A DNA stretch of 64,000 bases from contig OZ243913.1 of assembly GCA_965213705.1 (NCBI GenBank), forward strand, positions 3,776,001-3,840,000, read 5' to 3'. Positions 60,631 through 64,000 of this stretch are shown one piece after another. Each line of letters begins with the position of its first letter. Position 1 is the stretch's first letter. The notes under the pieces are model-generated. The model was given only the letters and a program-made list of their open reading frames with translations. It made no database searches and was not told the DNA's origin. The translations under genes and the position numbers were made by a program. The stretch comes from Trueperaceae bacterium. Its GTDB lineage: Bacteria > Deinococcota > Deinococci > Deinococcales > Trueperaceae.

Positions 60631-61586
60631 CCTACCTGCTCGCGTTCGTTGTCCTGCTCGGTGTAGAACTGCTCTACTTTCGCCTTGCCAAGCGTTTCAA
60701 CATTACCGACACGCCCAACGAGCGCAGTTCGCACAGCCGCGCGACCATCCGCGGCGGCGGCATCGTTTTTGTCGTCGCCGTGCTGCTGTTCGAACTGCTG
60801 AGCGGGTTTCGGTACCCGTGGTTTTTTGTCGGCACCGTTCTTGTGGCCGGTGTCAGCTTTGTAGATGACATCGTGAGTTTGCCCAGCAAACTGCGTCTGC
60901 CGGTCCAGCTAGGGGGCGTCTTGCTGTTGCTCAAAGACACCGGGGCGTTCGCGCAACCCCTGTGGTGGCTCGTCCTTATGACGGTTGTCGTCGCGGGCAT
61001 CGCCAACGTGTTCAATTTTATGGACGGTATCAACGGCATTACCGGCATGTACGGCCTCGTCACGCTGGCGAGCTTAGGCTACCTGAACGAGCGCATCGGT
61101 TTTACTGACGGGCGTTTGATTGGCCTGGTCATCCTCAGCCTTTTGGTCTTCGGCCTGTTCAACTTTCGGCGCAAAGCAGTTTGTTTTGCGGGCGACGTGG
61201 GCAGCATCGGTCTCGCCTTCGTCGTGTTGTTTTTACTGCTCAGGCTCGTGCTGGCAACCGGCAACTATTACTTCGTGTTGCTGCTCGCCGTCTACGGGGT
61301 AGACGCCGGCCTTACCATCTTTCAGCGCCTCGCCAAGCGCGAGAACATCCTAGAGGCGCACCGCTCACACCTGTACCAGTGGCTGGTCAAGCCGGGGCCT
61401 TTTTCGCACTTGCAGGTGGCGCTTATCTACGCAACGCTGCAACTTGGCGTCAACGTCGTCGTCGTAGCGACGTGGTACGAAAGTGATTTGCAAAGATGGG
61501 CTTGGACGCTGTTAATTCTCACGCTCCTGGCGTCCGCTTATGCATGCTTGAAAAGAAATTTCAGCAGGCGCTACCACCCAGTCTAG
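60627..61586 (+). CDS. MraY/WecA-family polyprenyl-phosphate sugar-1-phosphate transferase
   Basis: PNERSSH...RGGG, SFVDD, NFMDGING, FAGDVGS, HRSHLYQ. Confidence 0.92.
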   Translation: MTYLLAFVVLLGVELLYFRLAKRFNITDTPNERSSHSRATIRGGGIVFVVAVLLFELLSGFRYPWFFVGTVLVAGVSFVDDIVSLPSKLRLPVQLGGVLLLLKDTGAFAQPLWWLVLMTVVVAGIANVFNFMDGINGITGMYGLVTLASLGYLNERIGFTDGRLIGLVILSLLVFGLFNFRRKAVCFAGDVGSIGLAFVVLFLLLRLVLATGNYYFVLLLAVYGVDAGLTIFQRLAKRENILEAHRSHLYQWLVKPGPFSHLQVALIYATLQLGVNVVVVATWYESDLQRWAWTLLILTLLASAYACLKRNFSRRYHPV

Positions 61587-62818
61587 CTTTGGGCTTTGAA
61601 ACTTGCGTTACTGAGCACGGTTCTTTTTTGGGCGAGCAGATTTTGCCAAAGATTCAAGTACTGCTGTAGGGAGGATTCCAGACTAAAATGCTCGGTTATG
61701 TGTTTTTCAGCCTCTTCAATCACGGAAGTGCGGTCGAAGGAAGGCTCGAGAACATGCAGCGTGGCAGCCGTCGCCGCCGCTACGTCGTCAACTGGCACCA
61801 CAAACCCGTAGCGCTCGTTGGGGATAAGCTCTTCTATACCTACCGTAGCGCTTGCGACGCAGACACAACCGCTCAACATAGCCTCTTTAACAACGTTGGG
61901 CAGCCGCTCGGACTTACTCAAAAAAAGGAAAACCTCCGCGACTGCCATTTCTTCGAAAACCGTGTCGTGGTTGACGTGCCCTTTGAAGGTAACAGCGTGC
62001 TCGAGGCCTAAAACGCGGCTGTGCGCTTCTAACTCGTCTCTTTTGTCACCGTCGCCCAGGACGACCAAGCTAGCTTCCGGGTGCTGCTTCAACACGGCGG
62101 CAAAAACCGCAAGCACTTCGAACATGCCCTTGGCCTCTATCAAACGTCCAGCCGTCAGGATACGTTTGGGTATCTTTGACTTTTTGAGCAGGGCGCGGCG
62201 ACCCCGCGCAATGTCTAAGCTGTCATAAATAATTTCGATGCGCTCGGCGGGAACCCCGAAGACCTGCTCAATCTGTGCCACGTTCGCTTTTGTCAATGTG
62301 CGTACGGCGTGGGCTTGTTGGGCAACTTGTTTCGTGCCGCCGTACTGCATGTGTAGGTCGTAAGCCGCCAAAGAAAGGGTCACGACGGTTTGGGGCAGGT
62401 AGCGTTCGACGAGGTAACCCACCAAAGCAGGATAGTGGCCCCAATAAACATGAACGACGTCGGGTTGTTCGCGCTCTAACCATGAAAAGATTTCCAGGAC
62501 GCGCGGCACCAACAACAAACTTTTGAGCAAGTGTGAGGGCTTGGTTACGCTGGTTCCGACGCTGTACGAAAGCAAAGCAAAGAGGCGCTGTGGCCTTCTC
62601 AGCCCGTAACCGAGCCCCGCAAAAACCGAGGTCGTTTCGTTGTGAGTGAGCGTAAGCTTTTCCAAGTTTCTTTCTATCAGCATCTTTTTCGCGTCGGGGT
62701 GGGCGAACCTGAGGCCGTGCACGGAAACCTCGGCGTGTTTACGCAGCAGGCGCACATCGTTCGAAGCGAACGTTTCGGAGGGATAGGGAAACTGCATGGT
62801 GATATAAGCGACTTTCAC
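61583..62818 (-). CDS. Glycosyltransferase family 4
   Basis: [28 protein letters not shown]. Confidence 0.88.
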   Translation of the reverse strand: MKVAYITMQFPYPSETFASNDVRLLRKHAEVSVHGLRFAHPDAKKMLIERNLEKLTLTHNETTSVFAGLGYGLRRPQRLFALLSYSVGTSVTKPSHLLKSLLLVPRVLEIFSWLEREQPDVVHVYWGHYPALVGYLVERYLPQTVVTLSLAAYDLHMQYGGTKQVAQQAHAVRTLTKANVAQIEQVFGVPAERIEIIYDSLDIARGRRALLKKSKIPKRILTAGRLIEAKGMFEVLAVFAAVLKQHPEASLVVLGDGDKRDELEAHSRVLGLEHAVTFKGHVNHDTVFEEMAVAEVFLFLSKSERLPNVVKEAMLSGCVCVASATVGIEELIPNERYGFVVPVDDVAAATAATLHVLEPSFDRTSVIEEAEKHITEHFSLESSLQQYLNLWQNLLAQKRTVLSNASFKAQS

Positions 62819-63843
62819 TTTTCACCTCGGTTCACCCCTACCGGCTCATAGTACGAAAGGTACCAGTCGACAAACCTCGTCAGGCCCTCTTCTATGGACG
62901 TTTCAGGTTTGAAACCTACCGCACCCACCAAACCTTCCACGTCGGCGTAGGTGGCGGGAACATCGCCGGCTTGCAGCGGTAAAAACTTCTTTTCTGCTTG
63001 CTGACCAAGTTTGTCCTCGAGCGCTTCTATAAAATCCATCAAACCCACCGGGCTGTTGTTGCCGATGTTGTAGATTCGGTAAGGCGCTGCACTGGTTCCG
63101 AGACTGGGGTCTGCAGACCACGCCGGGTTCGGCGTCGGTGGTTTGTCCATCACTTTAACGACGCCCTCGACTATGTCGTCGATGTAGGTAAAATCCCGCT
63201 GCGACTCACCCTGGTTGAAAACGTTTATCGGTTTGTTTTCGGTAATCGCTTTGGCGAACAAAAAGTAGGACATGTCCGGTCGGCCCCAGGGGCCGTACAC
63301 TGTGAAAAAACGTAGACCGGTGGTGGGCAAACCGTACAAGTGGCTATAGGTGTGCGCCATGAGTTCGTTGGCTTTTTTGGTGGCGGCGTAGAGGCTTATA
63401 GGATGGTCGACAGCGTCCTTGACCGACCAGGGCAGCTTGGCGTTGGCCCCGTAGACCGAACTCGAGGACGCGAAAACCAGGTGCTCTACACCTACTTGTC
63501 GGCAACCCTCCAAGACGTTGACGAAGCCGACCAGGTTGCTGTCCACATAAGCGTGAGGATTCTCAAGCGAGTAGCGCACCCCGGCCTGCGCCGCCAAGTT
63601 GACGACGGCGGCGGGCACTTCGGTCGCGAACAGGTCAGCCATAGCGTCTCTGTCAGCAATGTCCGCTTTGTGAAACCGAAAGTTCGGGTAGGACTCGAGC
63701 TGCGCCAAGCGTGCCCGTTTGAGCGACACGTCGTAGTAGTCGTTCAGGTTGTCCACACCTACCACATCGTCGCCGCGTTCCGCCAGCCTTTTGCTGAGGT
63801 GAAAGCCTATAAAGCCCGCTGCACCTGTCATCAGAACTTTCAT
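62815..63843 (-). CDS. UDP-glucuronate 4-epimerase-like NAD-dependent epimerase
   Basis: [47 protein letters not shown]. Confidence 0.93.
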   Translation of the reverse strand: MKVLMTGAAGFIGFHLSKRLAERGDDVVGVDNLNDYYDVSLKRARLAQLESYPNFRFHKADIADRDAMADLFATEVPAAVVNLAAQAGVRYSLENPHAYVDSNLVGFVNVLEGCRQVGVEHLVFASSSSVYGANAKLPWSVKDAVDHPISLYAATKKANELMAHTYSHLYGLPTTGLRFFTVYGPWGRPDMSYFLFAKAITENKPINVFNQGESQRDFTYIDDIVEGVVKVMDKPPTPNPAWSADPSLGTSAAPYRIYNIGNNSPVGLMDFIEALEDKLGQQAEKKFLPLQAGDVPATYADVEGLVGAVGFKPETSIEEGLTRFVDWYLSYYEPVGVNRGEK

Positions 63844-63867
63844 TCTATCTCCTCAGTCGGTACGAAA

Positions 63868-64000
63868 CTAGCTCTTTGCAGAGAAAGTCGACTTAGACAG
63901 CTTTGGCGTCACAAGCTCTATGTCTCGAGCGCGCGTGGTTAACACCGGAACTTCGCTGGCGAGCAACGCCAGTACAAACCAAGTGTATTTATACGAATCG
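63868..64000 (-). CDS. Probable C-terminus of an upstream membrane protein (partial)
   Basis: Open minus frame DSYKYTWFVLALLASEVP...SAKS* ending just before the epimerase RBS. Confidence 0.4.
   Translation of the reverse strand, partial: DSYKYTWFVLALLASEVPVLTTRARDIELVTPKLSKSTFSAKS

Overview
High-GC bacterial chromosomal window, most likely Deinococcota (Trueperaceae/Truepera-like), judged from a DUF3208-like protein, a Thermus c552-like cytochrome, lptB-DUF3084 synteny and many leaderless TANNNT-N5-7-start genes. About 1-39 kb is mostly housekeeping: rnr, ctaG, mscL, lptB, map, aceEF, a LacI-regulated sugar ABC/glycoside hydrolase operon, a frameshifted terC under a yybP-ykoY riboswitch, mtnN, a CP-ATP-grasp/alpha-E/transglutaminase module, HU, an S10 peptidase, mscS, csp, rraA and folD. 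About 39.5-64 kb is a large surface-glycan locus: an ABC flippase, two Thr-rich Ig-like lipoproteins, a ParB/Srx-fold protein, a CDP-sugar cassette containing an LhgO-like oxidase and a PQQ-type dehydrogenase-cytochrome c fusion, and many glycosyltransferases. Notable non-coding signals are strong over-representation of the palindrome CTCGAG and a dispersed heptamer-based intergenic repeat (AAAGTACCGAGT). No rRNA, tRNA, CRISPR array or transposase was seen. All family assignments come from motif recognition by eye, not from database searches.
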